DNA of 63,516 nt, the filler included, from Octopus bimaculoides (taxonomy: Eukaryota): the NCBI RefSeq assembly GCF_001194135.2. It is 5 parts of 5 records of this genome, joined end to end, with 100 filler letters (N's around TTAATTAATTAA, not from the genome) between each part and the next. Parts side by side here need not be neighbours in the genome. Positions count along the whole stretch, not along the records: positions 34,661 to 51,402 come from NC_068983.1; positions 51,503 to 59,870 come from NC_068989.1; positions 59,971 to 63,516 come from NW_026429884.1; 2 more parts are not named here. The stretch is one strand, 5' to 3'. Positions within the stretch are counted from its first letter, which is position 1. Every line of letters starts with the position of its first letter. A program made the translations under genes and the position numbers. The notes beneath the pieces were generated by a model. The model did no database searches. It was not told where the DNA came from and saw only the letters and a list, made by a program, of their open reading frames with translations. Below, in pieces: positions 50,601-61,551 of the stretch.

Positions 50601-51152
50601 AGCTGAAAATAAGCTATACAGTTATCCAGCCATAAAATTCTCTGATCTAGCAATAGATAATGTGCTGGTGATGGAAGATATTACTGATGTAGACAAACAG
50701 TCTTTTTGTTATCTTCTTCACTGGACGCTGCTCAAGTGGTTTGTCACAACACAGTCACAGAGTAATGCGAGAGAGAGAGCAGTAACATTTGACCCCATAT
50801 AAGGTGGTCAGTGAAAAGGAAGGGAAAGAGAATAATGACTGAAAGAATTAAACTAAAAATTCATACAGTTCCTCACAACAAGTAAATCAATCAATTGACA
50901 TGGTAACATAATTAAAATAGTAAGTAAACGAAGTTAGCTAGTTAGTTAGTTTCATTCATTGGAAGGGATAGAGTTATTAATTTAATTACTTTAATTGTAA
51001 AATTGAAGGAGAGCAGAGACTGGAAAAGAGGAAGCTAATGATAGGAGGCAAAGAAAATCAGCAGTAGGTCTCCAAATGTTAAAGCATAGGTTACATTAGT
51101 TCAAATAATAGTCCAACTATTAAGGGGATAAGCTAAGGACATATCCTTATCA

Positions 51153-51156
<4 letters not shown>

Positions 51157-51184
<28 letters not shown>

Positions 51185-51402
51185 GTTTAACGTCCGCCTT
51201 CCATGCTAGCATGGGTTGGACGATTTGACTGAGGACTGGTGAAACCGGATGGCAACACCAGGCTCCAGTCTAATTTGGCAGAGTTTCTACAGCTGGATGC
51301 CCTTCCTAACGCCAACCACTCAGAGAGTGTAGTGGGTGCTTTTACGTGTCACCGACACGAAAACGGCCACGCTCGAAATGGTGTCTTTTATGTGCCACCC
51401 GC
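51157..51402 (-). mobile_element. Solo LINE 3'-UTR/tail unit
   Basis: (CAT)n + CGTTTAACGTCCGCCTTCCATGCTAGCATGGG...CCCTTCCTAACGCCAACC. Confidence 0.9.
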
Positions 51403-51502
51403 NNNNNNNNNNNNNNNNNNNNNNNNNNNNNNNNNNNNNNNNNNNNTTAATTAATTAANNNNNNNNNNNNNNNNNNNNNNNNNNNNNNNNNNNNNNNNNN
51501 NN
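51403..51502. other. Artificial scaffold-join spacer
   Basis: 44 N + TTAATTAATTAA + 44 N. Confidence 0.9.
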
Positions 51503-51664
51503 TAAAAGCATCACTTTGCAAGAATTCCAGGACTACTTCAAATAGTGGAAAATGCATTTGGACTGATGCATTGCATCAAATGGTGATAAAAAGTGTGAAC
51601 AAGTAAAACTAAGTGAATAAAATAATATTGCAAAATTCCAGTTTCTTTTAGGTACCCTCTTGTA
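51503..51664 (+). mobile_element. Mariner 3' end (transposase C-terminus and right TIR)
   Basis: TLQEFQDYFK*WKMHLD*CIASNGD resembles the mariner C-terminus; the end reads TACAAGAGGGTACCTAAAAG on the reverse strand. Confidence 0.65.
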
Positions 51665-51677
51665 TATTTTTTTACAA

Positions 51678-51825
51678 AATATAGATGCAGGCATGGCTGT
51701 TGGGTAAAGGAGTTTCACTTTGCAAACATGGTTTTGGGCTCAGTTCTACTGTGTGGAACCTAGGGTAAGTGTCTTCTGTATAGTTACAAACCAGCCAGTG
51801 AGTGGATATGATAGATGGAAACTGG
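51678..51825 (+). mobile_element. SINE family A, 5' half, strongly decayed
   Basis: GCATGGCTGTTGGGTAAAG...CAGTTCTACTGTGTGGAACCTAGGGTAAGTGTCTTCT. Confidence 0.65.
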
Positions 51826-52464
51826 GTAGCATGTTATATATACATGGATTTTTATGGTACACAGCAACATTTCCTCTTTACAATAACCTCAGGCAATTCA
51901 TTGTACTGTTGAAAGTGTGTAGCTATACCTTTTAACTTCTTTCTTTTCCTCTTTTTAATTTTCAGCTGGCACTATATGTTTCTGTTAAGTTACTTGTCTT
52001 TATGTAAACATGTTATGAATAGGCAAAAACCTGTTTTAGATACTTAGCTGAAATCATATATATATTGTATGGATAATTGGAAAAAATATCAGCCAGCCAG
52101 CCTAAACAAACATCTTGTTTTCATACTTGTAGTTGTAAATCTTCTTTGCCTTCTCGAATTCTTTTTATGACAGTACATGAATATTATACATAGAATTAGT
52201 TCTCGTTTCAGCTGTATATTTTCATTTGTGAGCTTTCAATACATGTTTTACCAACAAACTTTTAATTGGTGTATTCTGTGCTTTTGTATAGTTTACTGAA
52301 TCATATTACATACATAAAAGCATTCCAGTTATTCTTTTTGTTGTTTCGTTTCATCTGAAACATAATCTTATCATCTTATCATATCAATTATAATATAATT
52401 GTTCTACATTTTTCTCTGATAACAGTAATGAGTAATATGGCAAGACACACAGAAGTGTGAAAGG

Positions 52465-53880
52465 CAGAAGATTGAAAGGCAAAGTTGACCTTGGTGGAAT
52501 TTGAACTCAGAACGTAAAGATGGAAGAAATGCTGCTAAGCATTTTGCCTGGCATGCTAACAATTCCATCAGTTCACTGCCTTAACCCTTTAGCATTTAAA
52601 TCAGTCATATCCGGCCAAAATATTCTACTTGTTTTATCATCAAACTGATCTCGTCTGGCCTCTCACACCAACCCTACAATATCATTCTAAAAATTAACAG
52701 TTACCTCTTCAAAATCTCAAAGCTACAACATAATTGATACAAAACAATAAGAATAAATAAGCAATACTTCTGAATACTAAAGGGTTAAGGGTTTGTTCAA
52801 TATTAGGGAGAGTCATACACAGTACTTGAAAAGGTGGGTTTCATCTAAGCAATAATTTATGGGATAAATTACAGATGCAAAGAATAAAAAACAGAACAAA
52901 CACCATTAGTATTAGTTTCAAATTTTGGCACAAGGCCAGAAATTTCAGTGGAGGGGTTTAAGTCAATTATATCAACTCCAGTATTCAACTGGTACTTATG
53001 TTATCAATCCCAAAAAGATGAAAGGCAAAGTTGATTTTGGTAGAATTTTAACTCAGAACATAAAATCAGAAGAAATACTACTTAGCATTTTTTCTGGTGC
53101 AGTAACAATTCTGCCTGCTCATCATCTTACAAACTCCATTATTACTGATTTCAAATTCTAGCATAAGGCCAGTAATTTTGAGGGACGGGGCAAGTTGATT
53201 ACATTGACCCCAGTGTTTTACTGGTACTTATTTTATTGACCCTGAAAGGATGAAAGACATAGGTGACCTCGGCAGAATTTGAACTAAGTATGTAAAGATG
53301 GATGAAATGCTGCTTAGTATTTTGCCCGGCTTCACAACAATTCTACCAGCTTGCCACCTTACAAACTCCATTAATATTAAGATATTTGATGAAGGCAGCA
53401 AGGTGGCAGAACCATTAGCAAGTTGGTAGAATCATTAGAATTTGAACTCAGAACGTAACGGCAGACGAAATACCGCTAAACATTTCGCCTGGCATGCTAC
53501 CATTTCTGCTAGCTCCCTGCCTTATTTGAAACCAATATTCTTTTCTACTCAAGGCACAAGGCCCGGAATTTTTGGGGAGGCGGCCAGTTGATTAGATCAA
53601 TCTCAGTACACAACTGGTACTTAATTTACTGACCTTGAAAGGATGAAAAGTAAAGTCGACCTCGGCAGAATTTGAACTCAGAATGTAAAGAAAGATGAAA
53701 TACCGCTAAGCATTTTGCCCAGTGTGCTAACATTTCTGCTAGGTCACTGTATTATTTGAAACCAATATTAAAATATCAATGAGAAGGGGATGGCTGATGC
53801 AGTCCAGTAGTTATTTTGAGGTATTAGAACACAGAGTTATCCCTCTTCACATTCTGAGTTCAAATCCTGTGGAGATCAAC
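52465..53880 (-). mobile_element. Cluster of about five minus-strand family B SINEs plus two plus-strand heads
   Basis: Cores at ~52465-52582, 52915-53125, 53142-53357, 53428-53521 and 53540-53751; two are bounded by exact direct repeats. Confidence 0.88.
52585..52784. mobile_element. piggyBac-type MITE, copy 2
   Basis: TTAA at 52581-52584 and 52785-52788; TIR CCCTTTAG(C/T)ATT. Confidence 0.85.
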
Positions 53881-53920
53881 AAAATATGTAGAAGAGAAAT
53901 ATTGAGGTTGATTTAGACAG

Positions 53921-54273
53921 CTACTTTGTTTCAAAGATGTCTGTAAGAGAGAAATGAAGTCGCTTGATCTGGACGTCCTGAGATGGGAGGAGTTTGCAAA
54001 TGATCACCCACACTGGAGGCAAATACTGCAATAGGAAATTAAGAGGGAGGAAGAAAAACAGGTATTTGCAATCAAAGAAAAGTGCACTTGATGGAAGGAA
54101 AAATCAGCAGCACTAGCAGAGAGCTCCTTCAAATGCAGTCGCTACATGCATGACTTCCACCTCCCATGTGGGCCTGTACAGCCGCAGCAGATGCTGCACC
54201 ACCATCAGCAGCAGACACAATTCCTTTGGGTGCAGATCAATGGTCTCTCGAGACCAACGCATGCCTACTACTA
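53921..54273 (+). mobile_element. RTE LINE extreme 3' end
   Basis: FKDVCKREMK..RWEEFAND..HWR...FKCSRYMHDF/SHVGLYSRSRC, ending SMVSRDQRMPTT with a (TAC) tail. Confidence 0.8.
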
Positions 54274-54639
54274 TATACATATATACAAACACACATAGAG
54301 ACATCTGGCAGAAACACATTTTTTTAAAAAATGGGGATAATGCATATGTAACATGAGTTAACACGCGTGCAATATGATACAAAGCATGCACAATGCAATC
54401 ATAAAAACACATGCACAATACTTCCAGTAAATGTGCTTGTGCTATGTGAAATCAATTGATATATTGTGGTTGCTCAGTCACAGGAGTATACTCAGAGAAG
54501 CAGGTTCAAGCCTCGCCTATATCTCCTTTTAGTTATCTTTCAATGAAAATAACTTGCGTTTGTATTTGCACAAGTGAACAAATAATTTATATATTACAGA
54601 CCCCCCCAGTCATTAGTCAACACATAAGAGTTCTGCAAT

Positions 54640-54838
54640 TTCTTGCTGAACAACTGCACAGATGGTTTGTTTAAAGCTATCAAATTGACATTACCTGCAC
54701 AGGTGCATAACATGCTTCATGTCAGATGACAAAATTAATGCAGAGCAATGTGAAATGAAGTATTTTATTCAAGAACACAACGCCATGTGCGATCTGGGAA
54801 TCAAAACCACAATCTCACAATTGTGAGTGCAATACCTT
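54640..54838 (-). mobile_element. Third tRNA-like SINE family, decayed
   Basis: Reverse strand reads GGTATTGCACTCAC...GGTTTTGATTCCCAG...GTTGTGTTCTTGAATAAAATACTTCATTTCACATTGCTC. Confidence 0.45.
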
Positions 54839-54989
54839 AAATAATCCTTAGATGGAATTTACAAATATTTTAATACATCACTATGCACGTTTCCACAAAT
54901 CACATGTTTCTTAAGATCATAGTCTGTATACCTGGGATGATTACAGTACAGTCCGTAGTGTCTGTGGACATCGGATATATATATGTAAA

Positions 54990-55230
54990 ATACACCATTT
55001 TGAGCGTGGCCGTTGCCAGTACCGCCTGACTGGCCTTCGTACCGGTGGCACGTAAAAGCACCCACTACACTCTCGGAGTGGTTGGCATTAGGAAGGGCAT
55101 CCAACTGTAGAAACTCTGCCAAATCAGATTGGAGCCTGGTGTAGCCATTTGGTTTCACCAGTCCTCAGTCAAATCGTCAAACCCATGCTAGCATGGAAAG
55201 CGGATGTTAAACGACAATGATGATGATGAT
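54990..55230 (+). mobile_element. Solo LINE 3'-UTR/tail unit
   Basis: GGTGGCACGTAAAAGCACCCACTACACTCTCGG...GTTAAACGAC(AAT)(GAT)n. Confidence 0.9.
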
Positions 55231-55284
55231 ATATATATATATATAGATACACTCATACATACATTCATACAGATACATTCATAC

Positions 55285-55488
55285 ATGGTGGTGGTTGTCT
55301 ACTCCTTAAACAGAGTTTGACCACCTCCTGCACCTACACCTTAGCCCTTTCATGGCGTCTGATGTGGCTTTTTAAACCAGACAGTGTTTTGAAAAAACAC
55401 CCACACAGATTGCACCTCTGATTTGCACTACCAATACCTGCAAGTAAGTTCTGCTCATTGTGGATCCTAACATGTCTTTTAAGACCCC
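55285..55488 (-). mobile_element. Second copy of the zinc-finger LINE 3' end
   Basis: GLKRHVRIHNEQNLLAGIGSANQRCNLCGCFFKTLSGLKSHIRRHERAKV* and the same 3' UTR as 27391-27712. Confidence 0.75.
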
Positions 55489-56682
55489 CATATGTACATA
55501 CATATATATCTGTTATTTCTTGAGTACAAAAATAGAGTGGATGGGACTGTCTGGAGAAACTTTGTCACTACCTTGCCCAGCTATAAAGAGCAACCAAAAT
55601 ACTCCTTAAAATATTGGTATGCCACACAATACATCCCCCTCTCTCTCTTTCTGCCTCTCCCTTTCTTGACCTCTACCTCTCTCACTGTCTCTTCTTAAAA
55701 AAAAATGGGAATGTTACATTGGATAATATTTTCACAGAGAACCCTAAAAACACACGATCTGTTGTATTAGAGCATACTTGGAACTGAACAATGATAGGAA
55801 TGAATAGAAATAACAACAACAGAATGTGTACAAAGAACAATTATTTGGTGGAAATTCAGAGTCATTTCCACATCTTAAGGATTATTTGGTTATGCTTAAA
55901 ACCTTTTCTTTTTTTTTCTTCTCACCTATGTTACTTACCTTTCGAAAGTCTCAATGATGCACCTTTGTCTTAAATTTTATCAGGGAAGTGTTGTGGTTAG
56001 CATTACCTATGATCTATTCAGGCCTTTCTAAATTTGATGTTAGTATTCTGCTTGAAACTTTAATCAGTTGACACCTGGTAGGGATACACAAAAAAAAATA
56101 AAATAAATAAAAATAAATAAGTAAAACCATAAGCATCAAGCCTCAAAATTCAGAAAGATATTTAGCAAGTATTGTAACTAATAGGAAGAAAAGATTGAAT
56201 ATCAGGCTGAGTCAAAAGTAAGCAACGTGTTTTGAAACATGAAATTCATCACATTATATTTCAACAATGCAGAAATTTTATTCATCAAAGTAAGTACCAT
56301 TACAAACAACACATTTTTGCCAATGAATTACAAGTTTATTTATTCCAGTAACATAAAAATCTGGCATGGGTTGGACAGTTTGATCAGAACTGGCAAGCAG
56401 CTCCTGTGGTTACAGCATCTCTCTAAGTCACTGATTGGTCGGAATAATGTTGCTGTAAGTACACCTGTTGATGTCAGCTTGTCTCATTAGTTGAGGCTGA
56501 GGACAAAAGCAAACTACTGATTTGTGATCTATGTTTCAGTCAGTAGATGTACTGCAAACTTTAATAACATGAATTATTTACTACACTCACAAGTGTGAAC
56601 CGTATTACAATATATCTGGAATATCTGGATGAAGTAGCATCAACCCCAGAAATGATTCTATTCATTGGCACACCTTATATAT

Positions 56683-56793
56683 TATGAGCAGGTGCTGAAA
56701 AGTTCCTGGCTTCGGGTAAAAGAAAATACAAGAAGATCAGTTAATTAGGATCATATTCAACATATTCCCCTCTAAGATCTTTCAGATTCACAC
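56683..56793 (+). mobile_element. Mariner-type terminal fragment
   Basis: TA|TGAGCAGGTGCTGAAAAGTTCCTGGCTT resembles mariner TIRs (recalled, not searched). Confidence 0.5.
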
Positions 56794-56794
56794 A

Positions 56795-57215
56795 ATCTGA
56801 TCTAGTAGAATTTCTACAGCTGGATGCCCTTCCTAACACCAATCACTCCGCGAGTGTAGTGGGTGCTTTTACGTGCCACCGGCATGAGGGCCAGTCAGAC
56901 GGTGCTGGCAACGGCCATGCTCAAAATGGTGTTTTTTATATGCCACCTGCACAGGAGCCAGTCTAGCGGCACTGGCAATAACCTCGCTCGAATATTTTCT
57001 AATGTGCCACCGGCACAAGTGCCAGTAAGGCAATGCTGGTAACGATCATGCTCAAATGGCGCTATTTACATGCCATTGACACGGAAGTCAGACAGCTGCT
57101 CTAGCAATGATCACACTCGGACAGTGCTGTTTGTGCTCCACTGGCACAGGTGCTAGTCATCGAATATGGTTCAATTACGATTTCGATTTCACTTGCTCCA
57201 ACAGGTCTTTGACAG
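56795..57215 (-). mobile_element. LINE 3'-UTR unit with several ~60-bp internal subrepeats
   Basis: Recurring GTGCCACC(G/T)GCAC..GCCAGT..GC(A/T)GGCAA..ATC/CACGCTC blocks. Confidence 0.8.
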
Positions 57216-57470
57216 CAGAGTTTTATGATATATATATAGAACAAATAGTGAGAGATTGATTTTCTTAGGTTGTCCCATCTGCCCCAATTGATCAATAGAC
57301 GAATTGAGTAAACCTATCAGTAATGTACCAATAACGACTACTAGAAATAGCTGTAAACTAAATTTGTTCAGGTAAAGAATTATATGTAACGACCATTATT
57401 TTAAACGTGTTTCTGATGTGTGTGTATATCTATATTTATATATATATGTGTGTGTATACATACATACATA

Positions 57471-57701
57471 CATCATCGTTTAACGTCCACTTTCCATGCT
57501 AGCATGGGTTGGACGATTTGACTGAGGACTGGTGAAACCGGATGGCAACACCAGGCTCCAGTCTGATTTGGCAGAGTTTCTACAGCTGGATGCCCTTCCT
57601 AACGCCAACCAGATGTGTCTTGTGCGGGTGGCACGTAAAAGCACCCACTACACTCTCAGAGTGGTTGGTGTTAGGAAGAGCATCCAGCTGTAGAAACTCT
57701 G
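57471..57701. mobile_element. LINE tail unit with an inverted internal duplication
   Basis: 57572-57610 and 57663-57701 are inverted (37/39). Confidence 0.85.
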
Positions 57702-58406
57702 NNNNNNNNNNNNNNNNNNNNNNNNNNNNNNNNNNNNNNNNNNNNNNNNNNNNNNNNNNNNNNNNNNNNNNNNNNNNNNNNNNNNNNNNNNNNNNNNNNN
57801 NNNNNNNNNNNNNNNNNNNNNNNNNNNNNNNNNNNNNNNNNNNNNNNNNNNNNNNNNNNNNNNNNNNNNNNNNNNNNNNNNNNNNNNNNNNNNNNNNNNN
57901 NNNNNNNNNNNNNNNNNNNNNNNNNNNNNNNNNNNNNNNNNNNNNNNNNNNNNNNNNNNNNNNNNNNNNNNNNNNNNNNNNNNNNNNNNNNNNNNNNNNN
58001 NNNNNNNNNNNNNNNNNNNNNNNNNNNNNNNNNNNNNNNNNNNNNNNNNNNNNNNNNNNNNNNNNNNNNNNNTAAATCTCTCTGAGAGATTTAGAAATAT
58101 TATATTTCTAATTTTGCGGATCAGTGAATGAACTTCACTATGATTTACATAAGTTTGTGAAGGAGAAACAGGCCTCTCTATCCAGCTGGCAAGCTACTTC
58201 AGTCTCGTCGTGCTACTTCGAATTGCTTCTACCTAATTTAGTGAGTTGTTTCTGTCCTTTTTGTTGCTGTTTAGTGTGATTTTTGTCGAATTTTAACTGT
58301 TGTACTAGTCGAATTGCGCCCTGCGGGGCAAAAATTTTCTTTCTTGCTGCTCTCTTTTAGAGAGATAGCAAACTACTATTGTGTGAAAGAAAAATTTTAT
58401 TTCAAT

Positions 58407-59504
58407 ATGGATAACGAAATGGCATTTCTACTGTGTGACGAGGACTTCCCTCTTTTACAAGAAGAAATTATTTTTGATAATACGCATGTATTTCAAGTAA
58501 ACCCAGAAGTAACCAAGGAAGAGAAAAAGGTCAGTAGCTTTTCTTCCGCCGTAGGCGGACAATTTGAAGCAATGGAGGTGATACCCGAACAGTGGTACAA
58601 ATATAGAAACCTGATAAGGAAAACTGACGACGTAACAAGGTTAATACCGCCAAAGGAAACTATCCAAGAGTTGGCGGTAAGAACCGTTATTTACAAAGTA
58701 TACAACTGCAAGGAAAGACGCATCATGATGATGAAAAAGGATGCAATAGAAAAGTGTCTTGCCCCTGTGTGGGAAAAAATAAAATATGTTGGTAGAGGGC
58801 CTCGAAATGCTACAGTAGAGGCCCAATTCAAATCCGCAGAAATAGCGAAAGAAGTATCAACACAAAAGCTGAAAACTGAAGAGGTAATGCTCTTACCTAC
58901 ATACCTTGGCCGGAGAACTGCGAAAATCACAATAGAAGATATTCTATCCGGGTATGACGTAAACTGGTTGGTAGAAGCGTTAATTTACGACGTGGAGGAT
59001 CAGGCGGAAGTACTTACAATGAGAAGAAGGAACGCACTCAATTGGAAGGGGCAGGCGCTTGAGCTTATAGTTCTAGCGTCAAACGATACCCTCGAGACCA
59101 GACCAGACAGGATTTTTATAGGGGAAGGTCTCAGTGCAAGAGTGTCGGTGGAGGGACGGAGACCCAAATGTTTTAAATGTGGTGAAAAGGGCCACGTGTG
59201 TTCCGAATGTGTGAAAATAAAAAAACCTAACCAAAAAAAAGAAGAAGTCCCTCCCCAAAGGGAGAAAGAAATACCGGAGAAAACAGAACTTAAAAAAGAT
59301 GTCAAACAAGGTAAATCGAAAATGCCGGAAGTCATAATAGAAAAAGGAAAAAGTGAGGAAGAAGCGGAGTTTGAAGTTGCCAAAAACAAAAGGAAAAAAC
59401 CTATTGGCCCAGACTCCCCTCCCCCTACAAGAAAAAAAAGAAAAAATGGAAAACACACAAAAAATAAAACCCTCGTCCACTCCCAAACTGAAACCCGCTC
59501 CTAA
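58407..59504 (+). CDS. Gag/ORF1-like nucleic-acid-binding protein (365 aa) of non-LTR origin with a CCHC zinc knuckle
   Basis: Uninterrupted frame from ATG 58407 (caatATGG); CFKCGEKGHVCSEC at 59169-59210; Lys/Glu-rich C-terminus; weak similarity to the decayed Tx1 ORF1 at 40280-39500. Confidence 0.75.
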   Translation: MDNEMAFLLCDEDFPLLQEEIIFDNTHVFQVNPEVTKEEKKVSSFSSAVGGQFEAMEVIPEQWYKYRNLIRKTDDVTRLIPPKETIQELAVRTVIYKVYNCKERRIMMMKKDAIEKCLAPVWEKIKYVGRGPRNATVEAQFKSAEIAKEVSTQKLKTEEVMLLPTYLGRRTAKITIEDILSGYDVNWLVEALIYDVEDQAEVLTMRRRNALNWKGQALELIVLASNDTLETRPDRIFIGEGLSARVSVEGRRPKCFKCGEKGHVCSECVKIKKPNQKKEEVPPQREKEIPEKTELKKDVKQGKSKMPEVIIEKGKSEEEAEFEVAKNKRKKPIGPDSPPPTRKKRKNGKHTKNKTLVHSQTETRS

Positions 59505-59870
59505 CCCCCGCAAGAAAGAATTGTTTCGTACACCATCAAAAATGAAGTGTTACATGGATTAATAACATAAAAAAAACTATACGGTAATGGGACCGATTGA
59601 AGGTAAACCGCCGCACATACGGTTGGCGAGGATAAGTGCCGAACAATTTAAACAGAGATATTCTGACGATATTTTCGATGTGAGTCAGCATATAGTAAAA
59701 GAAAAGATTATTTAAAAACCAACGGCTGAAAATCCACTATCACATATAGAAAAATTAATAATTAAAAGCACAATAAATGAGTATAATATAAAGTAAAGTA
59801 AATATCATAAGATAAATATAATAAAAAGATTACACGTGTTTCATAACCAATTTTCAAATAGAAAAGAAAT

Positions 59871-59970
59871 NNNNNNNNNNNNNNNNNNNNNNNNNNNNNN
59901 NNNNNNNNNNNNNNTTAATTAATTAANNNNNNNNNNNNNNNNNNNNNNNNNNNNNNNNNNNNNNNNNNNN
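59871..59970. other. Artificial scaffold-join spacer
   Basis: 44 N + TTAATTAATTAA + 44 N. Confidence 0.9.
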
Positions 59971-60016
59971 GTCAAATGACTGAAACAAGTAAAAGAGTAA
60001 AAGAGTAAAAAGAGTA
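59971..60016 (+). mobile_element. SINE family A tail
   Basis: GTCAAATGACTGAAACAAGTAAAAGAGTAAAAGAG. Confidence 0.85.
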
Positions 60017-60364
60017 TATACACTCACAGACACAGCCATACCATGAAACATGCTTAATCATACATACAATATATATACTTATATGCATGTATGTGTATAT
60101 ATATATGTGTGTGCGTATACGTATACATGCATACATACACACATACTTATATCTGCATACACACAAATATATATAAGCAAGGAAAGCATTAATGTATGAA
60201 AGCATGTATGTATATACATACATATATAAATACATACACACATTCATACAGAGATACATTTCTTGCTTATGGATTCTTAAACGGCTACATACACACACAC
60301 ACATATATATATACATATATATGTGTGATTTCGGCAAAGACTAGAAATTATGGAAGCGAGGGAG

Positions 60365-60540
60365 AAAGATGATTACATTGACCCCAGAATTCGACAGACA
60401 ATTTGTTTTATTGACTCTGAAAGGACGAAAGGCATAGATAACATCACCGTGATTTGAAATCAGAGCGTAGTAAAGAGCAGGTGGAATAAAAAAAAATACC
60501 ATTTTGTCCGATGTTCTAAGGATTTTGCTATTTCGTCTTA
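60365..60540 (-). mobile_element. SINE family B, decayed
   Basis: GATTACATTGACCCCAG...TTGACTCTGAAAGGACGAAAGGCA...GATTTGAAATCAGAGCGTA. Confidence 0.7.
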
Positions 60541-61496
60541 CAAAAATTTATTTATATATATATATAATTTTTTTTTTTTTGTCATGAAAAGTTAGGCATC
60601 AAAATAATTTTTAAATGAACTGAAGAAATTATTCAAAACTTTTTTGTTGAGTACATATAATTTTCTTTGAAAAAATGTTGGTAGTGGACTCTAAAGTTTT
60701 TGGATTCTTCGCTGTTATAAATCTGATGATAGCGAGGAATCGGAAAATTTGAATTTACTAGCAACATTATCCTTAGAAAATTTAATTATATANNNNNNNN
60801 NNNNNNNNNNNNNNNNNNNNNNNNNNNNNNNNNNNNNNNNNNNNNNNNNNNNNNNNNNNNNNNNNNNNNNNNNNNNNNNNNNNNNNNNNNNNNNNNNNNN
60901 NNNNNNNNNNNNNNNNNNNNNNNNNNNNNNNNNNNNNNNNNNNNNNNNNNNNNNNNNNNNNNNNNNNNNNNNNNNNNNNNNNNNNNNNNNNNNNNNNNNN
61001 NNNNNNNNNNNNNNNNNNNNNNNNNNNNNNNNNNNNNNNNNNNNNNNNNNNNNNNNNNNNNNNNNNNNNNNNNNNNNNNNNNNNNNNNNNNNNNNNNNNN
61101 NNNNNNNNNNNNNNNNNNNNNNNNNNNNNNNNNNNNNNNNNNNNNNNNNNNNNNNNNNNNNNNNNNNNNNNNNNNNNNNNNNNNNNNNNNNNNNNNNNNN
61201 NNNNNNNNNNNNNNNNNNNNNNNNNNNNNNNNNNNNNNNNNNNNNNNNNNNNNNNNNNNNNNNNNNNNNNNNNNNNNNNNNNNNNNNNNNNNNNNNNNNN
61301 NNNNNNNNNNNNNNNNNNNNNNNNNNNNNNNNNNNNNNNNNNNNNNNNNNNNNNNNNNNNNNNNNNNNNNNNNNNNNNNNNNNNNNNNNNNNNNNNNNNN
61401 NNNNNNNNNNNNNNNNNNNNNNNNNNNNNNNNNNNNNNNNNNNNNNNNNNNNNNNNNNNNNNNNNNNNNNNNNNNNNNNNNNNNNNNNNNNNNNNN

Positions 61497-61551
<55 letters not shown>

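Noticed and set aside
54113-54418. GC-rich coding-looking exon
   Set aside because: Explained by the RTE C-terminus and 3' end on the plus strand.
58641-59562. Overlapping antisense and alternate-frame ORFs on the gag-like gene
   Set aside because: Shadow ORFs of an A-rich coding strand.
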